From a virus (taxonomy: Duplodnaviria; Caudoviricetes), in the IMG/VR virus record IMGVR_UViG_3300014204_000006, positions 1-64,000 of that record: DNA of 64,000 nt; one strand, given 5' to 3'. The stretch's first letter is position 1; the number at the start of each line of letters is the position of its first letter. This document shows positions 1-8,606 of this stretch, piece after piece. The translations under genes and the position numbers were made by a program. A model generated the notes under the pieces. That model saw nothing but the letters and a program-made list of their open reading frames with translations. It was not told the origin of the DNA and did no database searches.

Positions 1-58
1 AGGAAAGGAGAGACTTATCGCAGTCTCTCCAAAATAACTAATTATAATTTTAAATAAA

Positions 59-565
59 ATGGAACAATTAACAAAAGAGCAAGTGCAAAAGAAAGTTTTA
101 AAAAATGGTGAACCACTAGGAATAGATTTGTTCGAGTGGGATAAAAAGACAAACACCTTTTCGTCTGAAGAAAATTATCTAGTTTTAGATTTTAATTTTG
201 TCAATGATTGCACATTCAAAACTGGTTCTGGTTGCACATTCAAAACTGGTTCTGATTGCACATTCGACACTGGTTTTGGTTGCACATTCGACACTGATTA
301 TGATTGCACATTCAAAACTGGTTCTGGTTGCACATTCAAAACTGGTTCTGGTTGCACATTCGAAACTGGTTCTGATTACACAAGTTGTGTGGTAGTGAGA
401 AGGGACATTTTTGAAATAATTGAGTTAAAAGAAAAACAAACTATTAAACTTAATGAGTGGGGCGTAAAGGGGTTTACTGTTATTGAAAATAAATTAGATA
501 TCGAAGAAATGACAATGGACGAAGTATGCAAAGCACTGGGAAAAACAATAAAAATTAAGAAGTAG
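59..565 (+). CDS. Hypothetical phage protein with 8-residue CTF(K/D)TG(S/F)(G/D) repeats (probable beta-solenoid)
   Basis: 168-aa ORF; seven tandem CTFxTxxx units. Confidence 0.8.
   Translation: MEQLTKEQVQKKVLKNGEPLGIDLFEWDKKTNTFSSEENYLVLDFNFVNDCTFKTGSGCTFKTGSDCTFDTGFGCTFDTDYDCTFKTGSGCTFKTGSGCTFETGSDYTSCVVVRRDIFEIIELKEKQTIKLNEWGVKGFTVIENKLDIEEMTMDEVCKALGKTIKIKK
209..376 (+). repeat. 7 x 24-bp tandem repeat (TGCACATTCAAAACTGGTTCTGGT consensus)
   Basis: Direct reading of units starting at 209, 233, 257, 281, 305, 329, 353. Confidence 0.95.
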
Positions 566-573
566 GAGGCACT

Positions 574-768
574 ATGGAAAATTTGCTCGTTAAGATGTGC
601 GAAAAATGTCGAGAAGTCTCTCTGGCTTGTGTGCATATCGGGACGGGCAGAATACATTTTTGCCACCATTGCAAGGTTTGCGAAGTCGCTCCGATTCCAG
701 AGAATAAGAAAATCTATTCTACTCTTTGTGAAAAGTGCAAGAATAAACGAGTGGTTTATGTTCTTTGA
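574..768 (+). CDS. Small Cys-rich (Zn-finger-like) protein
   Basis: CxxC pairs; AGGAGG Shine-Dalgarno upstream. Confidence 0.6.
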   Translation: MENLLVKMCEKCREVSLACVHIGTGRIHFCHHCKVCEVAPIPENKKIYSTLCEKCKNKRVVYVL

Positions 769-824
769 GAGGATAACATCTTCTCATGCACAAGGACAGG
801 TCCAAAAGACCTTTCAACGAGCTA

Positions 825-857
825 CCCTGCCAGCTCTGATGGCAGGGACCATTTTTT
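825..857 (+). terminator. Possible intrinsic terminator
   Basis: Stem CCCTGCCA/TGGCAGGG followed by ACCATTTTTT. Confidence 0.35.
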
Positions 858-872
858 GATAAAGGAGCAACT

Positions 873-1061
873 ATGAAAGAGAAAAATTGCAATGAGTGTT
901 ATGCCGAAACTTGCTCAGTATGTGGTAAAAGGTTATGCTATAGGTGCGGAAAAGCCTGTTCTATGGATAAGCACCTTGTTCTTGGATCAACTGTATATTG
1001 CTCTGATTGTTGGGTATATTATGTTAAAGAAGAGGACAAAAAAAGCATGAGATCAAGTTAA
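873..1061 (+). CDS. Small Cys-rich (Zn-finger-like) protein
   Basis: Four CxxC pairs; AAGGAG upstream. Confidence 0.6.
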   Translation: MKEKNCNECYAETCSVCGKRLCYRCGKACSMDKHLVLGSTVYCSDCWVYYVKEEDKKSMRSS

Positions 1062-1104
1062 AGTAAAAGAGTTGTGGGAGATCTCTAAAAAACTCCCTTG
1101 TCTA

Positions 1105-1188
1105 GGAGAGATGGCAGAAAGGCTATTGCAGCAGTCTTGAAAACTGTAGAGTGTCAAAGCTCTCAAGGTTCGAATCCTTGTCTCTCCG
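1105..1188 (+). tRNA. tRNA-Ser(UGA)
   Basis: GGAGAGA/TCTCTCC acceptor, loop CT-TGA-AA, long variable arm, GGTTCGAATCC T-arm. Confidence 0.93.
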
Positions 1189-1194
1189 CAGATT

Positions 1195-1277
1195 GGAAGA
1201 ATGTTCCGAATGGTAAGGAACCACTTTGCTAAAGTGTTGATGTAAAAGTCATGTAGGTTCGATTCCTACTTCTTCCG
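1195..1277 (+). tRNA. tRNA-Ser(GCU)
   Basis: GGAAGAA/TTCTTCC acceptor, loop TT-GCT-AA, variable arm, GGTTCGATTCC. Confidence 0.9.
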
Positions 1278-1283
1278 CAGTAA

Positions 1284-1355
1284 TGGCATTTAGCTCAATG
1301 GTGGAGCGACTTCCTGATACGAAGTAGGTTGATAGTTCGAGTCTATCAATGCCAA
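1284..1355 (+). tRNA. tRNA-Ile(GAU)
   Basis: TGGCATT/AATGCCA acceptor, ACTTC-CTGATAC-GAAGT anticodon arm. Confidence 0.92.
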
Positions 1356-1362
1356 CAAGAAG

Positions 1363-1436
1363 GTCTGAGTATCCCAACTGGAAGAGGAAAAAAACTTAAA
1401 ATTTTTAAAGTGTGGGTTCGAATCCCACCTCGGACA
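1363..1436 (+). tRNA. tRNA-Leu(UAA), short variable loop
   Basis: GTCTGAG/CTCGGAC acceptor, AAAAA-CTTAAAA-TTTTT anticodon arm, discriminator A. Confidence 0.85.
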
Positions 1437-1442
1437 CAAAAA

Positions 1443-1516
1443 GCTCATATAACCCAACTGGTAGAGGTAACCGTTTCAAATGCGGTACAGTATAGGTTCG
1501 AATCCTATTATGAGCA
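1443..1516 (+). tRNA. tRNA-Leu(CAA), short variable loop
   Basis: GCTCATA/TATGAGC acceptor, ACCGT-TTCAAAT-GCGGT anticodon arm. Confidence 0.87.
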
Positions 1517-1522
1517 CAAAAA

Positions 1523-1595
1523 GCCCCTGTGGTGGAACGGAATACACATCCGTCTTAGAAACGGATTATTACAGGTTCGAATCCTGTTGGGGGCA
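1523..1595 (+). tRNA. tRNA-Leu(UAG), short variable loop
   Basis: GCCCCTG/TGGGGGC acceptor, TCCGT-CTTAGAA-ACGGA anticodon arm. Confidence 0.87.
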
Positions 1596-1637
1596 CTGAA
1601 AATATAGAGGCTATCTGTGGCTAGAAACACAGAGGAA

Positions 1638-1710
1638 TGGAAAGTAGCTCAATGGTTAGAGCACCTCGTTTACATCGAGTAGGTTGTAGGTTCAAGTCCT
1701 ATCTTTCCAA
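1638..1710 (+). tRNA. tRNA-Val(UAC)
   Basis: TGGAAAG/CTTTCCA acceptor, CTCG-TTTACAT-CGAG anticodon arm. Confidence 0.9.
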
Positions 1711-1717
1711 CATATAT

Positions 1718-1791
1718 TGGGGATTAGCTCAGTTGGTCAGAGCAGAACGCTTATATCGTTTTGGTCAATGGTTCAAATCCATTATTCCCAA
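1718..1791 (+). tRNA. tRNA-Ile(UAU)
   Basis: TGGGGAT/ATTCCCA acceptor, GAACG-CTTATAT-CGTTT anticodon arm. Confidence 0.88.
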
Positions 1792-1813
1792 CATAATAAA
1801 TTAATAATAAAAT

Positions 1814-1987
1814 ATGTTAAAAAAAATCGACAAGCAGTTGATAACAAAAGTTGTATCCCAGTCTGTTAAAATGTCTGGGATAGAGCTTAAAAACACAGCC
1901 TATACCCGTAAAGAAGTAGAGGAAATCATTAGGGAGATAAAAATATGCGTGTTAGACAAATCCGCCTTTTTATTAAGAAGTTTATAA
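1814..1987 (+). CDS. Hypothetical 57-aa protein (MLKKIDKQLITK...)
   Basis: Manually translated ORF below track cutoff; typical A-rich leader. Confidence 0.5.
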   Translation: MLKKIDKQLITKVVSQSVKMSGIELKNTAYTRKEVEEIIREIKICVLDKSAFLLRSL

Positions 1988-1994
1988 AAATTAT

Positions 1995-2372
1995 ATGAAA
2001 ATGAAAAAGACGCCCTATTTAAAATTAAGAAAAGACATCCGATGCACTTGCAAGAGGCAGAAATCAAATGAAAAGGATCGGATAAAATTCGGAGTATGCC
2101 GGTGCGACGGGTATTCCATGTATTAAACTTTGGGTCATGTAATAGCTAATTATCTTTATCAATATCTAAACGATGCTAAGGGGTACATTATCAGGGAAGA
2201 CTATGACGACATAGAAAAACACGCTAAAGCTATTAGAGAGTTTGCTGACGCAGACAATTGGGACGAAATAAGTAAAAATGTTGAAGAAAGAAAAAAATAT
2301 AGGATAAAAGTAATCAACTGGAAAAAAGCAAATAAATGGTTGGAGAAAAATTGGAATACATTATGGTGGTAA
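1995..2372 (+). pseudogene. Hypothetical gene interrupted by one in-frame TAA at 2124-2126
   Basis: ATG at 1995 is in frame with ORF 2130..2372; reads DGYSMY*TLGHVIANYL. Confidence 0.55.
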
Positions 2373-2393
2373 ATATTAATATTAAAAAATTAT

Positions 2394-2675
2394 ATGAGAA
2401 ACATCTGCTGGGTATGTAAAAAAGAGTTTGATGCGTTTAAGGGAACAAAAAGATATTGCAGCTTAGCGTGTAATAACAAGGCTTTAAAGGCTAGGGGCAA
2501 TGGAGTCTCCTATGCTACATGGACCACTCCTACTAAAGAGGAAGACGAAAAAAGAATAATAGAGCTGGCTAAAATGTATCAACAGAGAAAGTGGTATCAG
2601 ATAAAGCAATTTATGCTAGATGAGATGATGGTGTGTGCTTTCAGATTAAATTTTATCCATAAAAGAAATGATTGA
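2394..2675 (+). CDS. Zn-finger protein (CxxC...YCSxxC)
   Basis: CWVC and YCSLAC motifs. Confidence 0.65.
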   Translation: MRNICWVCKKEFDAFKGTKRYCSLACNNKALKARGNGVSYATWTTPTKEEDEKRIIELAKMYQQRKWYQIKQFMLDEMMVCAFRLNFIHKRND

Positions 2676-2940
2676 TCAGAAAACATTAGTAGAAGAAATA
2701 CTATCGTTATGGAAAAATGGAAAGAAAGAAGAGGCCAAAAGCTATCTAGTGATGTCAAAGCATATATTTTCTAACAAGGCCATATACGACTATATGTATA
2801 AAAAAATGGGGATAGTTAATTCTACAAAGCCTCCTGCTCTATTGGTTAAGGCGCAAGATATGATGGGAGGAAGGCTTTTCGACCAGTATGGGTTCCCGTA
2901 TCCCGGTCAAAAAAAGAAGACAGAGAGAATAGAATGGTAG
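2668..2940 (+). CDS. Hypothetical protein
   Basis: 90-aa ORF overlapping the upstream stop. Confidence 0.6.
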   Translation: MIDQKTLVEEILSLWKNGKKEEAKSYLVMSKHIFSNKAIYDYMYKKMGIVNSTKPPALLVKAQDMMGGRLFDQYGFPYPGQKKKTERIEW

Positions 2941-2944
2941 CCCC

Positions 2945-2973
2945 TTGACAAATGGAAAGCGATAATATAAAAT
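2945..2973 (+). promoter_or_regulatory. Sigma70-type promoter
   Basis: TTGACA-N17-TAAAAT; CCCCTTGACAAAT context shared with the site at 8173. Confidence 0.65.
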
Positions 2974-2981
2974 TAAATTAT

Positions 2982-4679
2982 ATGAAGATAACATTAGATA
3001 AAAGTAAATATCATCGATTTAGACTTTATTACGATTACACCCCGGATAGAGTAGAGTTTTGTCGTCAATTAAAGGAATCCTTTGGATGGGACCGTTTTTC
3101 TTTCTATTCAGAGGGGAATCAAAAATTTTGGGCCTTCACCGACTCTTTATTTATACCAGTGCTGGCTGAAAAGTTCCCTGAAGTAGACATCTCCCCAGAA
3201 GCAGCTGATCTTGTGAAATATGAACAAAGATGGGAAAGAGAAAAAGAGATTAAAAACAAAAAAATAGAGGACATAAGATCCAAAACAGATACTGACTTTG
3301 CAGTTAAGGGGCTAAAAAATGAGCTGTATCCGTATCAAAAGATAGGGGTGGAGTTTCTAGTGGAATCCGAGGGAAGAGCCATTATAGCGGACGGTATGGG
3401 GCTAGGGAAGACCTGTCAGGCCATCTCTTTTGCAAAACATATGAATTTTAAGAGAGTTCTGGTAGTCTGCCCTGCTTCTGTTAAGTTTTCGTGGAAAAAT
3501 GAGGTCTCTAAATGGACTAGATTTTCCTCCATTGTTATAGATAGTAAGACAGATGTCAAAAGCATAGATTCAGAAATAAACATGTGGATAGTCAATTATG
3601 ATATTTTAAAGAAACACTATGCTCAACTATCTAAGATAAGATTCGATTGCATGATAGGAGATGAGGTACAAATGATAAAGACCACTTCTGCCATAAGGAC
3701 TAAGGCATTTAGAATGATATCCAAAAATATTTCTTCTATCGTTCTTTTGTCAGGAACACCTCTCCTTTCTAGACCATCCGAACTCTTTTCCTTGTTAAAT
3801 ATAATAGATCCTAAATCATGGGATAATTGGTTCCAATTTGCCAAAAAATATTGTGCAATGCATCAGACAAGATGGGGTCTAGATACTTCTGGAGCGTCAA
3901 ATATAGAAGAATTACATTCAAGGATTAAAAGATATTTCATCCGAAGAGATAAATCTCAAGTTTTAAAAGAATTGCCAGAAAAGACATTTATTGATGTACC
4001 GGTTCAACTAGATAAGGAGAATGAAAAAAGATATACTGTAGCTGCCCAAGATTTGGCTAAATATTTGAGGAAATATGCAGGCAAGGAAAAATCAGAGATA
4101 GGAAAGGCTATGGCAGCAGAAAAGTTGACTCAACTTAACATTTTAAGGCAGATAAACGCAGTTGGGAAATTAGGCACAGCTAAAGAATTGATAGAAAGCG
4201 TTTTGAATTCAGGAGAAAAAGTATTGGTTTTTTGCTCGTTCGTGGAACCACTAGAGATATTGAAGGAGTATTTTGGAGATAGTGCTGTGATTATAACAGG
4301 TAAGACTCCTGTAGAAGAGCGTGGTGGCATTGTGGATGCTTTCCAGAATAACAAGGATATCAATATTTTTTTAGGAGGGTATAAGAGTGCTGGGGTAGGG
4401 ATAACATTGACAGCAGCTAGCAATTTTATCGGGCTAGATTATCCTTGGAATCCGGCTGATCTTCAGCAAGCTATCGATAGGTTGCACCGCCCCGGGCAAA
4501 AAGCTAGCGCAGTTAATGTTTATCAACTAGCTGTCATAGACAGTATAGACGAAGATATGAAGGACACGATTGACCATAAACAGGGCATTTTTGACCAAGT
4601 AATAGAGGGGAAGGTATCTGTCTCTGTCGGTAAAGATGCCATGGATTCAGCTGTTAAAAGAGTATTAAGCAATTATTGA
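2982..4679 (+). CDS. SNF2-family (SMARCAL1/HARP-like) helicase
   Basis: ADGMGLGKT Walker A, VVCPASV, IGDEVQ, LLSGTP, GVGITLTAA, WNPADLQQAIDRLHRPGQ; start placed at ATG 2982 downstream of promoter. Confidence 0.92.
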   Translation: MKITLDKSKYHRFRLYYDYTPDRVEFCRQLKESFGWDRFSFYSEGNQKFWAFTDSLFIPVLAEKFPEVDISPEAADLVKYEQRWEREKEIKNKKIEDIRSKTDTDFAVKGLKNELYPYQKIGVEFLVESEGRAIIADGMGLGKTCQAISFAKHMNFKRVLVVCPASVKFSWKNEVSKWTRFSSIVIDSKTDVKSIDSEINMWIVNYDILKKHYAQLSKIRFDCMIGDEVQMIKTTSAIRTKAFRMISKNISSIVLLSGTPLLSRPSELFSLLNIIDPKSWDNWFQFAKKYCAMHQTRWGLDTSGASNIEELHSRIKRYFIRRDKSQVLKELPEKTFIDVPVQLDKENEKRYTVAAQDLAKYLRKYAGKEKSEIGKAMAAEKLTQLNILRQINAVGKLGTAKELIESVLNSGEKVLVFCSFVEPLEILKEYFGDSAVIITGKTPVEERGGIVDAFQNNKDINIFLGGYKSAGVGITLTAASNFIGLDYPWNPADLQQAIDRLHRPGQKASAVNVYQLAVIDSIDEDMKDTIDHKQGIFDQVIEGKVSVSVGKDAMDSAVKRVLSNY

Positions 4680-4747
4680 TTAAAAGAGATAAAAATTGGC
4701 ATTAGGTCGAGTGTCAAAAGAAGTAATAAATATTAATGAAAAAAAAT

Positions 4748-4915
4748 ATGGATGAAGATAACATCTCTGCGCCAAAATGGCTCAGTGAAAATTATGGGAT
4801 AATACTATCTATTTTAATGGTTATTATGCTAGCAGTCGGGATATATAGCTATAGTAAGAGGACTCATGTTGATAACACTCCAAAATGTCCAGTAGCTAGT
4901 GAGTTAATCAATTAA
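4748..4915 (+). CDS. Small single-pass membrane protein (55 aa)
   Basis: Manual translation MDEDNISAPKWLSENYGIILSILMVIMLAVGIY... Confidence 0.55.
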   Translation: MDEDNISAPKWLSENYGIILSILMVIMLAVGIYSYSKRTHVDNTPKCPVASELIN

Positions 4916-5022
4916 AAAAAACATATGAAGGCGATTGAGCGGTGGAATGGGGATGTACCCACATCTATGGTCCCAGGAGGATCTGTTCCGTTCATAAATT
5001 TGACTAAATAGTTAGTATGGCT

Positions 5023-5060
5023 TATGTAAGGCCTTATATCAACAAATGAGGCCTTACATA
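5023..5060. repeat. Inverted repeat/hairpin
   Basis: TATGTAAGGCCTTAT ... ATGAGGCCTTACATA. Confidence 0.75.
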
Positions 5061-5075
5061 GCACTTTGATAAACT
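5060..5075 (+). promoter_or_regulatory. Putative late promoter upstream of lysis region
   Basis: AGCACT-TTGA-TAAACT matches motif seen 10 times before structural genes. Confidence 0.5.
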
Positions 5076-5369
5076 TAATACGTATACAATTTAAGAAAAA
5101 ATCCCTTCTACGGTTCGCCTAATTCGGTGTTCTATCAGGTAGGGTAGATAATTTTTAAATTTAATCATACGAGTAAATTCATAATTCAAATAATAACTAT
5201 ATTTTTAGTGTTATTATTTACTTTATTTTTTGCATGTTATGGCGTAGCGAGAGCTTTTAGTGGGATAGAGAAAAGGACTCCAAATACTCTCCAATACCAA
5301 AATTGGGATAATTATAAAAGATAAATTATGGCAAAATCACATCAGAATAATAAATTAAATTTAAATAAT

Positions 5370-5477
5370 ATGAATAAAAGAAAAGGGTTTGCTCCCTTAA
5401 GAGCATATGAGGATGAACAAAGGACTATTTTGGTCGTAATAGTCTTTTTGTCTGCATTAATTGGAGTTATATTATGA
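5370..5477 (+). CDS. 35-aa membrane peptide with prepilin-like N-terminus
   Basis: MNKRKGFAPL...ILVVIVFLSALIGVIL. Confidence 0.35.
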   Translation: MNKRKGFAPLRAYEDEQRTILVVIVFLSALIGVIL

Positions 5478-5502
5478 ATAATGCTTGGTTAAATATAAAT
5501 AT

Positions 5503-6162
5503 ATGAGAGGAATGGATTTAAGCCACCACAATAGTGTGGTAGATTGGAAAAAAATAAGAGAAGCAGGATTTGAATTTGCTTTTTGTAAGTGTACCGAAGG
5601 AACATCTTTTATAGACAGTAAATTTCAAGGATACAAAAATAGTGCTAGAAATAATGATATTTTATTCGGTGCATATCACTTTGCAAGAGGCGGAGATGCT
5701 ATAAAAGAAGCTGATCATTTTGTAAATACAGTAGGAGAACTGAGATATGGAGAAATAGTGGTGCTAGACTATGAACTTTATTCTATTAAAAATCCGGCCC
5801 CCTGGTGCCTGTCCTGGTTGAGAAGAGTAGAAGAGAGATTGGGGTTTAAGCCGTTGTTTTACACCTATCACGCTATATTAAAAACCTATAACTGGAAAGC
5901 AGTGTCAGATAACGGTTATCCGCTATGGGCAGCAAGATATGGGTTGCAACAACAAACTCCTAACCCCAAATATTACCCGGATTCAGGAAGTTGGCCTAGG
6001 GAGTTAATATGGCAGTACTGTTCTAAGGGGATAGTCCCAGGAATAATAGGGGATGTAGATCTAGATTCATGCGACACTATAATAACTACCCTAAAGACAT
6101 ACGGTAAAAAAGAAAAACCTGAATTAAGCTGCCTCCATTGCCCTATCCATTGCCCTAACTAA
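5503..6162 (+). CDS. GH25 muramidase endolysin
   Basis: GMDLSHHN, KCTEG, GAYHF, VLDYE (DxE), IWQY, VDLD motifs; ATG at 5503 preferred over TTG 5485. Confidence 0.92.
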   Translation: MRGMDLSHHNSVVDWKKIREAGFEFAFCKCTEGTSFIDSKFQGYKNSARNNDILFGAYHFARGGDAIKEADHFVNTVGELRYGEIVVLDYELYSIKNPAPWCLSWLRRVEERLGFKPLFYTYHAILKTYNWKAVSDNGYPLWAARYGLQQQTPNPKYYPDSGSWPRELIWQYCSKGIVPGIIGDVDLDSCDTIITTLKTYGKKEKPELSCLHCPIHCPN

Positions 6163-6180
6163 TTAATAATTTTAAAACAT

Positions 6181-6453
6181 ATGGAAGAAGAAATTGAATC
6201 ACCAGTGGCATTAGAAGCAGATGAAGTAGAAAACATCCCAGAAGGATCTCCGGCTAAAGAAGTTGATTGGACTTTCTTAAAATCTACTGCGTTTTATGCC
6301 ATCGTTATCGGGTCAGCCAGTGCGTTGCTGCTTGAGCCCAATTTTATAACAACCCCTTGGTATGTTCTGCTAGGAGAGTTTCTAGCGTTAGTATCAGCAG
6401 GATTCTGGGGCACTAGAACCCTAGATAGAACCGTAGATAAGTTATCGAAATAA
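6181..6453 (+). CDS. Putative holin
   Basis: Two hydrophobic helices, adjacent to endolysin. Confidence 0.65.
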   Translation: MEEEIESPVALEADEVENIPEGSPAKEVDWTFLKSTAFYAIVIGSASALLLEPNFITTPWYVLLGEFLALVSAGFWGTRTLDRTVDKLSK

Positions 6454-6455
6454 TT

Positions 6456-6692
6456 ATGGAGGATGAAAGAATAATAGAAATAGAGAATATGCTTGTAGAT
6501 AGCGGTGCTGATCCATCTAAAATTGATGATATAATGGATTTATTCAAGGAGAAGGATAATATTTCTATTAATGGAATTAGCAAAGACAACGAGGAAACTG
6601 AGGACTCTCTAAAATTGAAAATTATGAATGAAAAAGATTGGCGGAAAAGAGCTTCAATGTCGGCCATGATAATATCTAAATCGTTAGAATAA
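6456..6692 (+). CDS. Hypothetical protein
   Basis: 78-aa ORF in operon. Confidence 0.6.
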   Translation: MEDERIIEIENMLVDSGADPSKIDDIMDLFKEKDNISINGISKDNEETEDSLKLKIMNEKDWRKRASMSAMIISKSLE

Positions 6693-6697
6693 ACTAT

Positions 6698-7720
6698 ATG
6701 AAAAAGGAGATGAAGAAAGAGGATGCCGGAAACGACATCTTAGAAGAAGCATTGAAAAAATTGAGGAAAATATACGGAGAAGGAGTTATCCTCCAAGACA
6801 GCGATGTCCCTAAAAATATTGAGGCCATACCAACAGGATGCTTCGCTATAGACAATCTCCTAGGATGTGGAGGATTGCCTAAAGGAAGGATCATAGAGAT
6901 TTTTGGAGAACCTTCAGAAGGGAAATCTACTTTATGTCTTTTTTTAGCTGGTCAGGTCCAGAAACAGGGAGGAAAAGTAGTCTATGTGGACGCAGAAAAC
7001 GCCTATGACGCCTCTTATGCCAAGAATCTGGGGGTAGAGACCAAAGAACTACTTGTGTCGCAACCTGGGACCTTAGAGGAGGCCATGGACACCGTTAGGG
7101 CACTGGCTGAGACAAATCAAATAGACCTTATTATTGTAGATTCAGTGGCCGCTTTGGTCCCGAAGAGTGAATTGGAAGGAAAGGAGATGCTAAAAGAAAC
7201 TATGGCTCTACAAGCCCGTTTATTGGGAAAAGCCTTAAGAATCATTACTGGTCCAATATCTAGGAGCAAAACAATAGCCATTTTTATTAATCAGACTAGA
7301 AGTAAGGTCGGAATGGTATGGGGAAATCCTGAGACTACTCCTGGAGGAAAGGCCCTAAAATTTTTCTCATCAGTCCGACTTAAGGTGTCGAAAGGTGACA
7401 AAATATTAGGATTAAAGGATGAACAAATAGGTAATACCGTTAAAATAACCGCCGTTAAAAATAAAGTAGGAATGCCATTCAGGAAGGGGACTTTCGATCT
7501 TTATTATGGAGAGGGCGTGGATCTTGTGGCCGATACTATGTTAACCGCAGAAGAATACGATGTAATAAAAAAAGAAGGAAACACTTATTCATTTGGGGAT
7601 ACAAAATTAGGAGTAGGAAAAGACAACACCATTGAAAATTTAAAAAATAATAAAGAATTATATGAAAAAATTAGAAAAGAAACTGAAAAAAGTATCAAAA
7701 AAGAGTCAGAAAAAAAATAA
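6698..7720 (+). CDS. recA: RecA recombinase
   Basis: GGLPKGRIIEIFG, GEPSEGKST Walker A, IIVDSVAAL, IFINQ, ETTPGGKALKF, VKNKV. Confidence 0.96.
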   Translation: MKKEMKKEDAGNDILEEALKKLRKIYGEGVILQDSDVPKNIEAIPTGCFAIDNLLGCGGLPKGRIIEIFGEPSEGKSTLCLFLAGQVQKQGGKVVYVDAENAYDASYAKNLGVETKELLVSQPGTLEEAMDTVRALAETNQIDLIIVDSVAALVPKSELEGKEMLKETMALQARLLGKALRIITGPISRSKTIAIFINQTRSKVGMVWGNPETTPGGKALKFFSSVRLKVSKGDKILGLKDEQIGNTVKITAVKNKVGMPFRKGTFDLYYGEGVDLVADTMLTAEEYDVIKKEGNTYSFGDTKLGVGKDNTIENLKNNKELYEKIRKETEKSIKKESEKK

Positions 7721-8183
7721 AGAAGTAGAAAAAATAGACAGATTGTCTCATATCCCCATTGAGTTACGAGATATGATCGCTGAAGATGTAGAAAAATTTA
7801 AAAAAATATTAAAGATAGAAAACTATGACTCTAAAATATTTTATAGTACCAAAGAAAATGAAGACAATATGTGCGATTATGAGAAAGGTCTTCCAATAGC
7901 AGCCTCCGCTCATGTCGATAATAGATATCTAACTGTAGATATTAGGGTTTATCCTCTGTTGGTAAATGGATGGAAATCAAAAGAACTAGACAAAAAGGAT
8001 GTCCATGGGATAATAGCTCATGAAATGTCCCATGTTGTGACTCAACCAATGTTTAAATTATGTTATTCAGTCTATAAAAGTGAAGAAGAGATGAAAAATG
8101 CATGGGAAAATTTGACTACTATTATTGGAAGATTGGTGGAAACAATTGATATTTTAACAGTTAAAACCCCCCTTGACAAATAG
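7662..8183 (+). CDS. HExxH-motif protein (possible zinc metallopeptidase)
   Basis: IIAHEMSHVV. Confidence 0.55.
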   Translation: MKKLEKKLKKVSKKSQKKNKEVEKIDRLSHIPIELRDMIAEDVEKFKKILKIENYDSKIFYSTKENEDNMCDYEKGLPIAASAHVDNRYLTVDIRVYPLLVNGWKSKELDKKDVHGIIAHEMSHVVTQPMFKLCYSVYKSEEEMKNAWENLTTIIGRLVETIDILTVKTPLDK

Positions 8184-8201
8184 TAAACAAAAGAATAATA
8201 T
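8173..8201 (+). promoter_or_regulatory. Sigma70-type promoter
   Basis: TTGACA-N17-TAATAT. Confidence 0.65.
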
Positions 8202-8230
8202 TAAGAAGTAATAAATTAAATTAAAAAAAT

Positions 8231-8536
8231 ATGGATTCACACTCAATGAGCCCACTGCCAGGGATACAAATAAAAGACGCAGAAACAGAAAAAGTAGAAG
8301 AAAAAGCGGTAGAAGATATCAAAACAGAAGAAAATGATGATTTTTTAGACTTTTACACAGCGTTAAAGGAGGTTGTGAAAGGTAAAAAGATTTATAAGTT
8401 AGAATGGAATGATAGGGGATTTTATGGATGTATAGTAAAGGAAGTCCTTTGCCTTCATAAACCGGACGGAAAAGACTACCAATGGGTTTTGAGTGAGGCA
8501 GATATAAAAGGAACAGATTATATGGTAGTAGAATAG
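8231..8536 (+). CDS. DUF2829/Tad2-like protein (possible anti-Thoeris sponge)
   Basis: DFYTALKEVVKGKKIYKLEWN ... WVLSEADIKGTDYMVV resembles the F..AL..lk.GkkvaR.gWN / W.psq.D.la.DW.iv pattern. Confidence 0.65.
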   Translation: MDSHSMSPLPGIQIKDAETEKVEEKAVEDIKTEENDDFLDFYTALKEVVKGKKIYKLEWNDRGFYGCIVKEVLCLHKPDGKDYQWVLSEADIKGTDYMVVE

Positions 8537-8606
8537 AAAATAATAAGATATAGGTCGATTGTCTTTTATTTAGAAGTATTAAGTAGTAATTATTAAGTAT
8601 AAAATT

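Noticed and set aside
209-376. Regular repeats resembling a CRISPR array
   Set aside because: Contiguous 24-bp units without spacers, in frame within a CDS; no cas genes
1329-1607. 92-aa ORF
   Set aside because: Overlaps four tRNA genes
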